Part shown: in pieces, positions 19,413 to 28,706 of the stretch
How the letters are laid out: every line of letters starts with the position of its first letter
Numbering within the stretch: position 1 is the stretch's first letter
Source of the DNA: Candidatus Woesebacteria bacterium GW2011_GWB1_39_12
Lineage (GTDB): Bacteria > Patescibacteriota > Microgenomatia > UBA8517
Reading direction: 5' to 3'
Length of the DNA: 64,000 bases
Assembly (NCBI GenBank): GCA_000993405.1
Contig: LBWB01000009.1
Location: forward strand, 77,848-141,847
Program-made: the position numbers and the translations under genes
Notes under the pieces: generated by a model
What the model was told of the DNA's origin: nothing
The model's input: only the letters and a program-made list of their open reading frames with translations
Database searches by the model: none

Positions 19413-20507
19413 TTAGATACCACGCGTAAACTTAATTCTAGTCAAAAGCGTAAGGTCTTCTAAGATTTTTCCACATCCTCTAACTACACAAGTCAGGGGG
19501 TCATCGGCTATATAGGTAGGCATTTTGGTAGCTTCTGCAACAAATTCACCAATTCCAGGCAAAAGCGATCCTCCTCCGGCCATAACAATCCCTTTTTCCA
19601 TAATATCAGATACAAGTTCGGGCGGTGTTTCCTCCAACGTCTCTACGATATTTCCAACAATCTCCTGAATAACTGGCGCGAGAGCCTCTCTTATTTCTGA
19701 ACTTGAGAGTTTTATTGATTTCGGTAGACCGGTTTCCAGGTCTCGCCCTCGAACCACAAAGTACTTCTCCTCTTTTGTGGGTTTGGAAGTCCCGATTGAT
19801 ATCTTCACTTCCTCTGCGGTTGGTTCTCCCAGTAAAAGTGAATATTTAAGTCTGACGTAGCTAACTATCGCCTCATTCATTTCGTCTCCGGCAATTCTTA
19901 TTGATCGCCCAACAACGGTTCCCCCCAAGGAGATTACAGCCATCTCGGAAGTTCCTCCACCGATGTCTACAATAAAAATGCCCTCAGGTTTTTCAATGGG
20001 TAATTCTGCCCCGATTGCAGCAGCCATTGGTTCCTCGATTAGATGAGCTTCACGCGCCCCAGATGTAACCGCAGCATCAGCAACCGCCCGCCTTTCGACC
20101 TCTGTTACTCCTGACGGAATTCCGATAACAACTCTTGGTCGGGGAATTTTGGGTATAATTCCGCCAGATTCATGAACGCGCTTTATGTAATGAGAAAGCA
20201 TAGCTGCAGTTGCGTCAAAATCAGCAATAACTCCGTCTCTTAATGGCCTAACAGTCTCAATTGTTGATGGAGCACGTCCTTCCATTTTTTTTGCAGATGT
20301 TCCAATTGCCAGAATTTCTTTCGACTTTTTATGCCTGGCAACAGCAGAGGGTTCCCTTATGACAATCCCTTTACCCTTAACCCAGACAAGTGTATTAGCA
20401 GTTCCTAAGTCGATACCAACATCATGAGAGAAGATTCCAAAAAGTCTATTTATATGCAAAGAAGGCAAGATGCCGCCAACATTTTTAAGTTTCGTAGATA
20501 TCTTCAT
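19413..20507 (-). CDS. mreB: Rod shape-determining protein MreB
   Basis: GIDLGTANT, EEPMAAAIGA, DIGGGT. Confidence 0.97.
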   Translation of the reverse strand: MKISTKLKNVGGILPSLHINRLFGIFSHDVGIDLGTANTLVWVKGKGIVIREPSAVARHKKSKEILAIGTSAKKMEGRAPSTIETVRPLRDGVIADFDATAAMLSHYIKRVHESGGIIPKIPRPRVVIGIPSGVTEVERRAVADAAVTSGAREAHLIEEPMAAAIGAELPIEKPEGIFIVDIGGGTSEMAVISLGGTVVGRSIRIAGDEMNEAIVSYVRLKYSLLLGEPTAEEVKISIGTSKPTKEEKYFVVRGRDLETGLPKSIKLSSSEIREALAPVIQEIVGNIVETLEETPPELVSDIMEKGIVMAGGGSLLPGIGEFVAEATKMPTYIADDPLTCVVRGCGKILEDLTLLTRIKFTRGI

Positions 20508-20541
20508 ACCTTACCGCAGTATAACTTTTTGCTTAAAAGTT

Positions 20542-20700
20542 GCAAACCCCAACACTAAGTTAGCAGAAAATATTAAACTGATTTGCAACGTAAGATTATT
20601 AATATCTTACTGTTATTGAATGTTCCAAAATTATTATAATTAGGAGCATATTTTGTAAAATCAGCTACTAACTTGGTGTGAGGGCAAACCCCAACACTAA
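20542..20700. repeat. 17-bp direct repeat gcaaaccccaacactaa (20542..20558, 20684..20700)
   Basis: Exact match; second copy is the 3' arm of a ttggtgtgaggg/ccccaacactaa hairpin. Confidence 0.75.
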
Positions 20701-20745
20701 AATCTCGTTTAAAAGATATTGATTTTGTTGTAAATTGGAGTAAGT

Positions 20746-23001
20746 ATGGTCGAAAAAATTAAAAATAGTATCACAGTAGTTTATTATCTGTTGTTTTTTA
20801 GTGTACCTCTTATTTTTCATCCTCAAACTTCAGAGCTTTTTGAATTTAACAAAATGGTACTAACCTACGCGTTAACAACATTTATTGTTTCGTTATGGCT
20901 TATCCGCATGATTCTCGAGAAAAAGATTATCTTTCGTCGCACAATATTGGATATACCTTTAATAATTTTCCTGATTTCTCAATTCCTAAGTACCTTAATC
21001 TCCATAGATTCAAGAACTTCCCTTTTAGGCTACTATTCCCGCTTCCATGGAGGTTTGGCATCAAGTCTTTCTTATTCGCTTCTCTACTGGGCATTTGTTT
21101 CAAATATGCATCGTTTAGAGGTAATAAAATCAATAAAAATTCTTATCACAAGCGCATTTTTAATAAGTATCTGGGCGATATTTGAGCACTTCGGCCGCTC
21201 ATTCAGCTGTCTTTTAGTTCCGGAGTTTCGTAGCTTCGATGCTTCATGCTGGGTACAGGACGTTCAAAATAGAGTCTATGCAACCCTTGGGCAACCCAAT
21301 TGGTTGGCGGCTTGGATAGTAGCACTCACACCATTAACGTGGGGGTTCGCTTTAATATCAAATATCAATCCTTCGGCAAAGTTCAGGATTGATGCTGAGC
21401 GAAGTCGAAGCATCAAAAATCAAAAATCAAAATTACAAAGCAAAAAGACAAATATTTTAAAGTTTGTTTTTTGGGTTACCCTTTCAATTTTATTCTTTTC
21501 AACTTTATTGTTCACCAAGTCTAGATCTGGATTACTTGGATTTGGAGTAGCAAACTTGACTTTCTGGGCACTGTCTTTCTTATTCTCCCTTAAACATAAT
21601 ATTGAAAAAAAACACTTTCTCAAAACATTTGTAATTTGTAATTTGGCGTTTGTAATTCTCGCCCTGGCGAGCGGCACTCCTTGGACTCCGAATTTAAAAA
21701 ATGAGGGCTTGCCCGCCGAAGCCCTGAGCGACGCCGAAGGGGTGAAGGCGGGTCCTGCGCTCGAGGTAGGAGGTTCGTCTTCCGTAGAAATTAGAAAAAT
21801 TGTCTGGAAAGGGGCAATCGATATTTGGAAACACTATCCAATCTTGGGTACGGGCGTAGAAACTTTTGCCTTTTCCTACTATAACTTCCGGCCGGTAGAA
21901 CATAATTTGGTTTCGGAGTGGGACTTTCTTTACAATAAAGCACACAATGAATACCTTAACTATGCTGCAACTGCAGGCACGGTTGGACTCCTCGCATATC
22001 TCTTACTAATATGCTTCTCTGTCTACCAAATTTCTAATATCAAATTTCTGGGACAAAGTCCAAAGGATTTATCCGCCATTTCTAAACAAATCCCAAATTC
22101 CAAATCCCAATTAGGCCAATCAGAGCAATCAGAAATTAGTCTTTTGAGCATAGCATTATTATCTGGCTTTATATCAATCCTTATGACCAACTTCTTTGGC
22201 TTTTCCGTCGTCCCCGTCGCACTACAATTTTTCCTCTTTCCTGCATTTGCAATTACGCTTGCAGGACAAAGTGCAGAGGACAAAGTGCAAAGATTTGAAA
22301 AAATCGAATCATCTAACTCACAAAAAACCCTAGTCTTCTTTGTTTTTTGTACTATGCTCTTTGCGCTATTTTCCATAGGAAAATACTGGTATGGAGACTT
22401 TCTTTATGCAAAAGGAAAGATGTTTAACGATTCGCAGGAATATATTAAAGCCCAGGCTACACTTGCGAAAGCCGCAATGCTTTCTCCAAAAGAAAGCGTT
22501 TATCATGGAGAACTGGCTGACGTTGCATCAACTCTAGCAATCATCGCTTACGAGGAAGGCGATGAAGATCTTGCAAAAAAATTCGTGGAAATTGCAATTT
22601 ATGAGTCTGATATGGCAGCAAAACTTTCACCAGCAAATATCACTTTAAAAAGGGATAGAGCCAACATGTTTATCAAATTGTCGATAATCGATCCGAGTTT
22701 TCTGATCAGTGCTCGCAATACATTAATAGAAACGGTAAAGTTTGCCCCAACCGAAGCGAAACTTTCTTATAATCTGGGCGTGACCTATCTTCGTACCGGC
22801 GATTATGAAAAGGCAATTGAAATTATCCAAAAGGCGGTTGAGATGAAACCGAATTATAAGGAGGCTCACTATGCCCTTGCCCTTTTGTATATTGATAAAG
22901 GCGAAAAGGAAAAAGCCAAAGAAGAACTTCTTTATATTTTAGAAAATATCTCTTCCAATGATCCCGAAGTTAAGAGGGAGTTAGACGAATTAGGAATTTG
23001 A
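20746..23001 (+). CDS. O-antigen ligase/polymerase-family membrane protein with TPR tail
   Basis: Multi-TM, GQPNWLA, TKSRSG, GTGVETF, AHNEYL, C-terminal TPR. Confidence 0.88.
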   Translation: MVEKIKNSITVVYYLLFFSVPLIFHPQTSELFEFNKMVLTYALTTFIVSLWLIRMILEKKIIFRRTILDIPLIIFLISQFLSTLISIDSRTSLLGYYSRFHGGLASSLSYSLLYWAFVSNMHRLEVIKSIKILITSAFLISIWAIFEHFGRSFSCLLVPEFRSFDASCWVQDVQNRVYATLGQPNWLAAWIVALTPLTWGFALISNINPSAKFRIDAERSRSIKNQKSKLQSKKTNILKFVFWVTLSILFFSTLLFTKSRSGLLGFGVANLTFWALSFLFSLKHNIEKKHFLKTFVICNLAFVILALASGTPWTPNLKNEGLPAEALSDAEGVKAGPALEVGGSSSVEIRKIVWKGAIDIWKHYPILGTGVETFAFSYYNFRPVEHNLVSEWDFLYNKAHNEYLNYAATAGTVGLLAYLLLICFSVYQISNIKFLGQSPKDLSAISKQIPNSKSQLGQSEQSEISLLSIALLSGFISILMTNFFGFSVVPVALQFFLFPAFAITLAGQSAEDKVQRFEKIESSNSQKTLVFFVFCTMLFALFSIGKYWYGDFLYAKGKMFNDSQEYIKAQATLAKAAMLSPKESVYHGELADVASTLAIIAYEEGDEDLAKKFVEIAIYESDMAAKLSPANITLKRDRANMFIKLSIIDPSFLISARNTLIETVKFAPTEAKLSYNLGVTYLRTGDYEKAIEIIQKAVEMKPNYKEAHYALALLYIDKGEKEKAKEELLYILENISSNDPEVKRELDELGI

Positions 23002-23044
23002 TGTACAACTAATTTTTGGCCGTTTTCATGATATAATCTGCAGT

Positions 23045-23605
23045 ATGGTTAGAGAAATTTTAAATACAAAAGATCGCCGCTTAAGAGTGGTTTCAAAACC
23101 GGCGAGCAAAGTTGATAAAAAAATTAAAGAGCTTATCAAAGATTTAAAAGAAACTCTTCTTGTCCAAAAAGATCCCGAGGGAGTCGGTCTTGCGGCGCCG
23201 CAAATCGGAAAAAATGTCAGGGTCTTTGTTATTATGCCGGATAGTAAAATCAAGGTTATTATTAATCCTGAAGTCGTTAAAACGGAAACGGAAATCAAAA
23301 AGGAAGAAAAGTCATCTAAAGGACGACCTCGTCCAACAGATGGGGCAGCCGGCAGAAAAATTATGGAGGGCTGTCTGTCGCTTCCTAACTATTACGGGCC
23401 GATTAAACGAAGCGCTGAAATTACCATAAAATATCTTAATGAGGAAGGCGTTACCAGAACTGAAACTTTTTTTGGGATTGAAGCCCAAATTATTCAGCAC
23501 GAAATAGACCATTTAAACGGCATACTTTTCGTTGACCGCCTCCTGGAGCAAAAAAAACCGCTCTATGAGTATATTGATGGAGAGTGGGAAGAAGTCGAAC
23601 TTTAG
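23045..23605 (+). CDS. def: Peptide deformylase
   Basis: GVGLAAPQIG, EGCLS, QHEIDHLNG. Confidence 0.97.
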   Translation: MVREILNTKDRRLRVVSKPASKVDKKIKELIKDLKETLLVQKDPEGVGLAAPQIGKNVRVFVIMPDSKIKVIINPEVVKTETEIKKEEKSSKGRPRPTDGAAGRKIMEGCLSLPNYYGPIKRSAEITIKYLNEEGVTRTETFFGIEAQIIQHEIDHLNGILFVDRLLEQKKPLYEYIDGEWEEVEL

Positions 23606-23611
23606 TTCCAT

Positions 23612-23660
23612 CTCTTCGAGCCTGAGCCTCAGAGCCGAAGGCCTGAGCGCAGTCGAAGGA
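23612..23660. repeat. Nested REP-like palindromes between def and fmt
   Basis: cttcgagcctgagcctcagagccgaagg followed by cctgagcgcagtcgaagg. Confidence 0.6.
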
Positions 23661-23669
23661 TGAATTATT

Positions 23670-24674
23670 ATGAAGATTATATTTTTCGGTACCCCAGATT
23701 ATGTAGTCCCCGTCTTAGAAAGCTTACATAGGACTTTCAAGCCTAAAACGGGCGAGTCACCAATTGCTGCAGTAGTTACTCAAGCTCCGAAGCCGACCGG
23801 AAGAAAACAGGAATTATCCTACTCGCCTGTTGATACCTGGGCATTCAAGAAAAAGGTTCCTAAGTTCTTCGATCCAGAAGACATATTAAAAAATAAAATT
23901 CAGGCAGATTTAGGCGTTTTAGCATCATATGGCACAATTATTCCAGCCGAAGTTATTAATCATTTCCCTCACGGCATTTTAAACATCCATCCGTCTCTTT
24001 TACCAAAGTGGCGCGGTTCGTCTCCCATTCAAGCCATAATTATCTCCGAAGATCAGGCGGGTGCAACAATTATTAAAATTGATGAAAAACTGGATCATGG
24101 TCCGATAATTTCCCAATTTAAAGACGAGGTTCTACCAGAAGACACAACCGAAACTTTACGTAGACGCTTATTTGAAAGGTCTGCAGAAGTTTTGACTACC
24201 CTCATCCCTCCCTATTTGTCAGGTAAAATTATCCCCCGCGAACAGGATCATAAGTTAACAACATTTACTCGTGAAACCAAAAAAGAAGACGCATTTATTC
24301 CACCGCAGATGTTGTGGTCAGTGGTCAGTGGTCAGTGGTCAGAAAAACAAAAGGAGTGGAAAATTAGTTTTATCGGGGATCTCACTGTTCACTGTACACC
24401 AATCACTGTCCACAATTTCATTCGCGCCATGCAACCATGGCCAACAGCCTGGACTTTCGTCCGGCTAGGACAAAGAGCTAAGGACAAAGAGCAAATAAGA
24501 CTGAAAATTCTCAAAGCCCATCTCGAATCAATCCAAGCTACTGGATCCAAGCTACCAGCTACTAAACTAGTGCCTAGTGCCCAGTGCCTAGTGCCTGACC
24601 TCATCCAACTTGAAGGCAAATCCCCCGTTTCCTGGAAGCAATTCCTCGAAGGCTACCCTGAAGCAAAATTCTAG
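23670..24674 (+). CDS. fmt: Methionyl-tRNA formyltransferase
   Basis: FFGTP, NIHPSLLPKWRGSSPI, LDHGPI, IRAMQPWP. Confidence 0.95.
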   Translation: MKIIFFGTPDYVVPVLESLHRTFKPKTGESPIAAVVTQAPKPTGRKQELSYSPVDTWAFKKKVPKFFDPEDILKNKIQADLGVLASYGTIIPAEVINHFPHGILNIHPSLLPKWRGSSPIQAIIISEDQAGATIIKIDEKLDHGPIISQFKDEVLPEDTTETLRRRLFERSAEVLTTLIPPYLSGKIIPREQDHKLTTFTRETKKEDAFIPPQMLWSVVSGQWSEKQKEWKISFIGDLTVHCTPITVHNFIRAMQPWPTAWTFVRLGQRAKDKEQIRLKILKAHLESIQATGSKLPATKLVPSAQCLVPDLIQLEGKSPVSWKQFLEGYPEAKF

Positions 24675-24683
24675 ATTGGCCAA

Positions 24684-24935
24684 TCAAACAACTGAAATAC
24701 TTTTATAATTCCTAACAGCTCCGAATTTTTTGATTCTTTTCAAACATTTTGCACATATGCGCATTTGGCGCTCTTCTCCCCGAATTCTGAGGGTAACTCT
24801 CTGCAAATTAGGTTTGAATAGACGCGGAGTCGGAGTTACTCTATCTATCCAACGTTTTCCCGCAACACCCCTTTTGTGCTTTTGAGAACTTCCGACGACA
24901 CTTTTTTTACCGCAAATTTGACAAATATATGACAT
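24684..24935 (-). CDS. rpmB: 50S ribosomal protein L28
   Basis: CQICGK, FKPNLQ, ICAKCLK. Confidence 0.93.
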   Translation of the reverse strand: MSYICQICGKKSVVGSSQKHKRGVAGKRWIDRVTPTPRLFKPNLQRVTLRIRGEERQMRICAKCLKRIKKFGAVRNYKSISVV

Positions 24936-25088
24936 GGTTAAATGGTTAGATAGTTAAATGGTTAAGAATAATAATTATTATATTCATAAAAAAACCATTC
25001 AGCCATATAGCTATCTAACAATTATTTGCTTTGCTTCTGCAAAGCTTGTCTATTATACTAATAAAGCGCCTTAATATCAAAAGCAATT

Positions 25089-25718
25089 ATGGAAATTCTT
25101 ATACCCGTTATTTCCTTTCTAGTAGCCATAACAATCCATGAGACCGCTCATGCGTGGATGTCTTATAGATTGGGAGATCCAACCGCCAAACTTCAAGGTA
25201 GACTTTCACTTAATCCTCTGGCACATATTGACCCTGTCGGGACAGTATTGGTTCCACTTTTTCTAATTATCACCAGATCACCATTAATTTTTGGCTGGGC
25301 AAAACCTGTTCAATTTGATCCCTATAACCTGAAAAATCCCAGAAAAGATTCCGCAACAATCTCGCTGGCAGGACCTCTCTCAAATTTTTCCTTAGCTATC
25401 TTACTTTCAATAATATTAAGGTTACTTCTTTTCAACTTTCCTTCCACGTCTTTTTTAATAAATCTTCTTACTTATACAATAGACATTAATATTGTACTTG
25501 GATTATTTAACCTTATCCCGATTCACCCTCTGGATGGGGGGAAAATATTTATAGGATTATTACCTCAAGATCAGGCATATGAAGCAGACATCTTCCTTAG
25601 AAGATACGGCATGATTATATTGTTATTCCTTGTTTTTCCTATATTCGGAAGAGTAGCCCCACTCTCATACGTTTTATTCCCTATTCGAAGATTATTACTA
25701 AATATCCTTATACCCTAA
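25089..25718 (+). CDS. Site-2 protease (M50) family
   Basis: HETAH, LAGPLSN, FNLIPIHPLDG. Confidence 0.93.
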   Translation: MEILIPVISFLVAITIHETAHAWMSYRLGDPTAKLQGRLSLNPLAHIDPVGTVLVPLFLIITRSPLIFGWAKPVQFDPYNLKNPRKDSATISLAGPLSNFSLAILLSIILRLLLFNFPSTSFLINLLTYTIDINIVLGLFNLIPIHPLDGGKIFIGLLPQDQAYEADIFLRRYGMIILLFLVFPIFGRVAPLSYVLFPIRRLLLNILIP

Positions 25719-25766
25719 GGTTATTTTTGCTCTATTCAACTATTGACCTTTCTTGCTACAATATAA

Positions 25767-25968
25767 GTGACCCTGTGGAGGGGATTCGGGAAAGCCTTTT
25801 CTCACCGTTTTTTAAACAATGGGTGCCCATTAATTAAGGGCCTCGGGGCAAAGTTCCCGATTTCCACGGAGTCCCGAGAGAAATCGAGGGATTCTAAGGA
25901 CTTCGAGACAGCCTACCCACCTGGATTCATCCGGGAAAAGTCTTCTTCCGAACCCAAAGCAGGGTCAT
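25767..25968 (+). ncRNA. ssrS: Probable 6S RNA
   Basis: ~200-nt rod: tgaccctg/cagggtca closing stem, ttcgg/ccgaa, cttttc/gaaaag, A/T-rich central bubble, tgggt/accca; TGcTACAAT extended -10 upstream. Confidence 0.65.
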
Positions 25969-26025
25969 TCTTGAGCAAATCCAGCTTCAATAATAACTTC
26001 TGTAATGTTATAATCAGTCAGTCTC

Positions 26026-26045
26026 GCCGTCTTAGCTCAGTGGTA
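26026..26045 (+). pseudogene. Duplicated 5' 20 nt of tRNA-Thr(TGT)
   Basis: gccgtcttagctcagtggta identical to 26103..26122, followed by 19-bp direct repeats (26042..26060, 26071..26089). Confidence 0.8.
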
Positions 26046-26102
26046 AGCAAAGCTTGGCCGAGTCAGACTCGGTAAGCAAAGCTTGGCCGCTGAGATGCGT
26101 TT

Positions 26103-26174
26103 GCCGTCTTAGCTCAGTGGTAGAGCAGCTGTTTTGTAAACAGCAGGTCTAGGGTTCGAATCCCTAAGACGGCT
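26103..26174 (+). tRNA. tRNA-Thr(TGT)
   Basis: Cloverleaf GCCGTCT/AGACGGC, GCTGT-TTTGTAA-ACAGC, TTCGAAT loop. Confidence 0.95.
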
Positions 26175-26199
26175 CAAGTGCAAACACACATTTTATTTA

Positions 26200-26284
26200 G
26201 CTGGAGTGCCGGAGTGGACAATCGGAGCAGTCTGTAAAACTGCCGCCCGGACGGGCTACCCAGGTTCGAATCCTGGCTCCAGCA
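26200..26284 (+). tRNA. tRNA-Tyr(GTA)
   Basis: GCTGGAG/CTCCAGC, GCAGT-CTGTAAA-ACTGC, long variable arm. Confidence 0.95.
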
Positions 26285-26316
26285 CAAGTAAAGAATCTTT
26301 CAAGAGAAGTACAAAC

Positions 26317-27528
26317 TTAGACCTGACTTACGACTGTTGGAGGGTCACCGGGGTTGCTTCTTTCTTCTTTCTTCTTTTTTAACTTCAGAAATAAAATTAA
26401 GATTAGCACTAAGATAACTACAGCCCCAAAAGCCAGACCACCGTAAAGTATCCAGTTTTGGATATTTGCAGTACTTTCAGAAAATTGTTCTTCGAAAGTT
26501 TGCAGAGTGTCGCTTTCTACAACATTAATTTTGGTTATTTTGGTCTTTCCTTTGTACTTGACAATTAGGCCGTGCTCCCCTGGCGCCACGTTTTCAAAAG
26601 TAGCTTCACCGTTTTCGTCTGTGACGCTTTCTTTGAGCTCAGAATATAAAGAAATACTAGCCCCTTCAACGGGAGATCCATTAATGTCTAATATCTTTAA
26701 CTTTATCGAAAAACCGGGTGTCAAAAAGGTCGTTGCATCACCCACCGCCTCGTTTTCTTTTGAATCGATAGATTTAACTCTTAAGTAGTAAGTTGTGCCA
26801 GGAATAAGAGTTCCTTCCGCCAAGATAACAACGTGGTCCTTTGTAAGTTCTTCTGAAAGAAAATTGAACTCGTAATTACCTGTTACCCCGTATTCGACAA
26901 TAGAACTTGCAGCAAGATTTGTATTCCATGTAACTTTAGCAGAAGTCTTAGTAATTTCTGTAACCTGGACATTACTAATAGTTAATGCCGCCACTCCCGT
27001 TGAAGTCTGGGTAGTTTGAGAACCGGAGGATGACTGCTCGCTACCTGAACCTGAAAGTGAAAGGTTGGCGGTTGAGCCTCCTGTGAAAATATTGGAATTG
27101 TCGGCATCTTTTAAAATTGCCGAATCGCCTGCGAAACTCAATGTCGCGGAGCCGGAGTCAGCTAAGACAATAAAATTTACAGAAGCTATGAATTTGCTGC
27201 CCGAAAATCCGGGTGTAGGCGTCCCTCCGCCGATTCTTACAAAACCTCCCCCACCCCCCTTTTCAGCAATTATTGTCAAAACCGAGCCGCCGGTAGATAC
27301 GCTTGAAAACTGAAGCTTGTCCGCAGGATAGATAATGTTAGCCTGAACCGCATTTACGTTTTCTCCTCCTGTCGCGACACTTACATTCATCTTTAAGGTA
27401 GAGCCTTTCGAATAGGTACCAGAAGTAGGACTAAGGCTGAATGTAGCCGCAAAGACAGACGAGGGAACGGCCAAAAACAAGACAAAAAAGCTAAAAAAGA
27501 CAAAGAGTTGGGCAGTTATTTTTTTCAT
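26317..27528 (-). CDS. Membrane-anchored cohesin + FN3-like + beta-sandwich surface protein
   Basis: Signal peptide, cohesin-like (VNAVQANIIYPADKL), VTWNTN..VEYG FN3, C-terminal TM with Lys tail. Confidence 0.75.
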   Translation of the reverse strand: MKKITAQLFVFFSFFVLFLAVPSSVFAATFSLSPTSGTYSKGSTLKMNVSVATGGENVNAVQANIIYPADKLQFSSVSTGGSVLTIIAEKGGGGGFVRIGGGTPTPGFSGSKFIASVNFIVLADSGSATLSFAGDSAILKDADNSNIFTGGSTANLSLSGSGSEQSSSGSQTTQTSTGVAALTISNVQVTEITKTSAKVTWNTNLAASSIVEYGVTGNYEFNFLSEELTKDHVVILAEGTLIPGTTYYLRVKSIDSKENEAVGDATTFLTPGFSIKLKILDINGSPVEGASISLYSELKESVTDENGEATFENVAPGEHGLIVKYKGKTKITKINVVESDTLQTFEEQFSESTANIQNWILYGGLAFGAVVILVLILILFLKLKKKKEERSNPGDPPTVVSQV

Positions 27529-28613
27529 TATTTATTATAGTTTGAGAGAATAATGCTTAGATCCAGTATAGTTACTCTTCCGTCGCCATTCAAATCTGCA
27601 CCACCCTGGGAACCAGTTTTGCCGAATTTTGAGAGAACTGTGGATAGGTCAATAATCGTAACTCTACCGTCTTTGTTAACATCTCCTTTTTTATTCAAAG
27701 TCGAGGTTGATGAACCTGAACTACCCGAAGAGGCCGATGAACCTCCACCACTGCTACTTCCTCCGTCACCCCCAGAGGATCCTGAACTTCCTGTTGAAGT
27801 TTGTGTAGTAGTCGTTGGCTGTACGGTTATCGCAGTTGCCGTTGGATTATTGGGAGAAAAAGTAACTGTTGGGTAAGGGGTTACTGTGGGTGTGACAGGA
27901 ACACTCGTTGCGGTCGGTTGGGGTGTTGGTGTATTAGTAGGAGCGGGAGTAGAGGTTGGAGTACTTGTAGGTTCTCCTCCAAATGTTCCACCTCCCGGTA
28001 GGGTCGGCGCCACGGGGGTAGCTGTAGGTGCTTCGGTCGGAATCTCTGTGGGCACAGGAGTCAAAGTAGCCGTGGGTTCGGGAGTTGGAGTTGGTGAAAT
28101 ATAATTGAGAACTAAATTAGCAGGATCAATGTTGCCGCCCAAAGAAGCAGCAGTACTATCGACTATTTGAATATCTGTATTGTCGATGAGGAGGGCCGTA
28201 GCATCATTTTCTGTACCAGAAATAGAAGTCAAAGAAAACTCGCTTACAACTGTATTAAGGCTACTTATCTGAATCTCGTCCAAAAGCTGGAGTTTGGTTG
28301 GATCAAAATTAAAAATTAGTCTAACAAAGGATATTTCAATTTCATTAGAATTTATCATTAGTCTAAAGTGAGCATCTGGGGGCAAGTTTTGTTCGCTTGG
28401 ACCAAAGAAAATGTCGACGGTCGGAGCATCGGCTTGTGTCCTTATGTCGGCGGGACGATTAACAAGGTAAATTATTAACGGGATACTTATAATTAAAGTA
28501 GCGGCGATAATAAATTGGGGAATTATTCCTTTGGGTAAATAGATCTTGAATTTCCAATAAATATCTTTGATGCGTTTTATGAATTTGTTAAAAGGCCTTT
28601 CCAATAATTTCAT
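27528..28613 (-). CDS. Cohesin + Pro/Thr/Ser linker + dockerin protein
   Basis: N-terminal TM, FNFDPTKL, PT repeats, GDVNKDGRVTIIDLS / ADLNGDGRVTILDLS. Confidence 0.8.
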   Translation of the reverse strand: MKLLERPFNKFIKRIKDIYWKFKIYLPKGIIPQFIIAATLIISIPLIIYLVNRPADIRTQADAPTVDIFFGPSEQNLPPDAHFRLMINSNEIEISFVRLIFNFDPTKLQLLDEIQISSLNTVVSEFSLTSISGTENDATALLIDNTDIQIVDSTAASLGGNIDPANLVLNYISPTPTPEPTATLTPVPTEIPTEAPTATPVAPTLPGGGTFGGEPTSTPTSTPAPTNTPTPQPTATSVPVTPTVTPYPTVTFSPNNPTATAITVQPTTTTQTSTGSSGSSGGDGGSSSGGGSSASSGSSGSSTSTLNKKGDVNKDGRVTIIDLSTVLSKFGKTGSQGGADLNGDGRVTILDLSIILSNYNK

Positions 28614-28706
28614 AATATTATACGAACTACAATTTAGAGTAAACTATCTCTGGTAATTATTCAACCCCTCACTCACTCCAATCGTTCGGGATGAGCCATA
28701 AAAAAT

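Noticed and set aside
25767-26075. 102-aa ORF on + strand
   Set aside because: Overlaps the 6S-like RNA and tRNA stub; no protein features
26042-26089. Direct repeats resembling a mini CRISPR array
   Set aside because: Only two 19-bp copies with a 10-nt spacer and no cas genes; explained by a hairpin element
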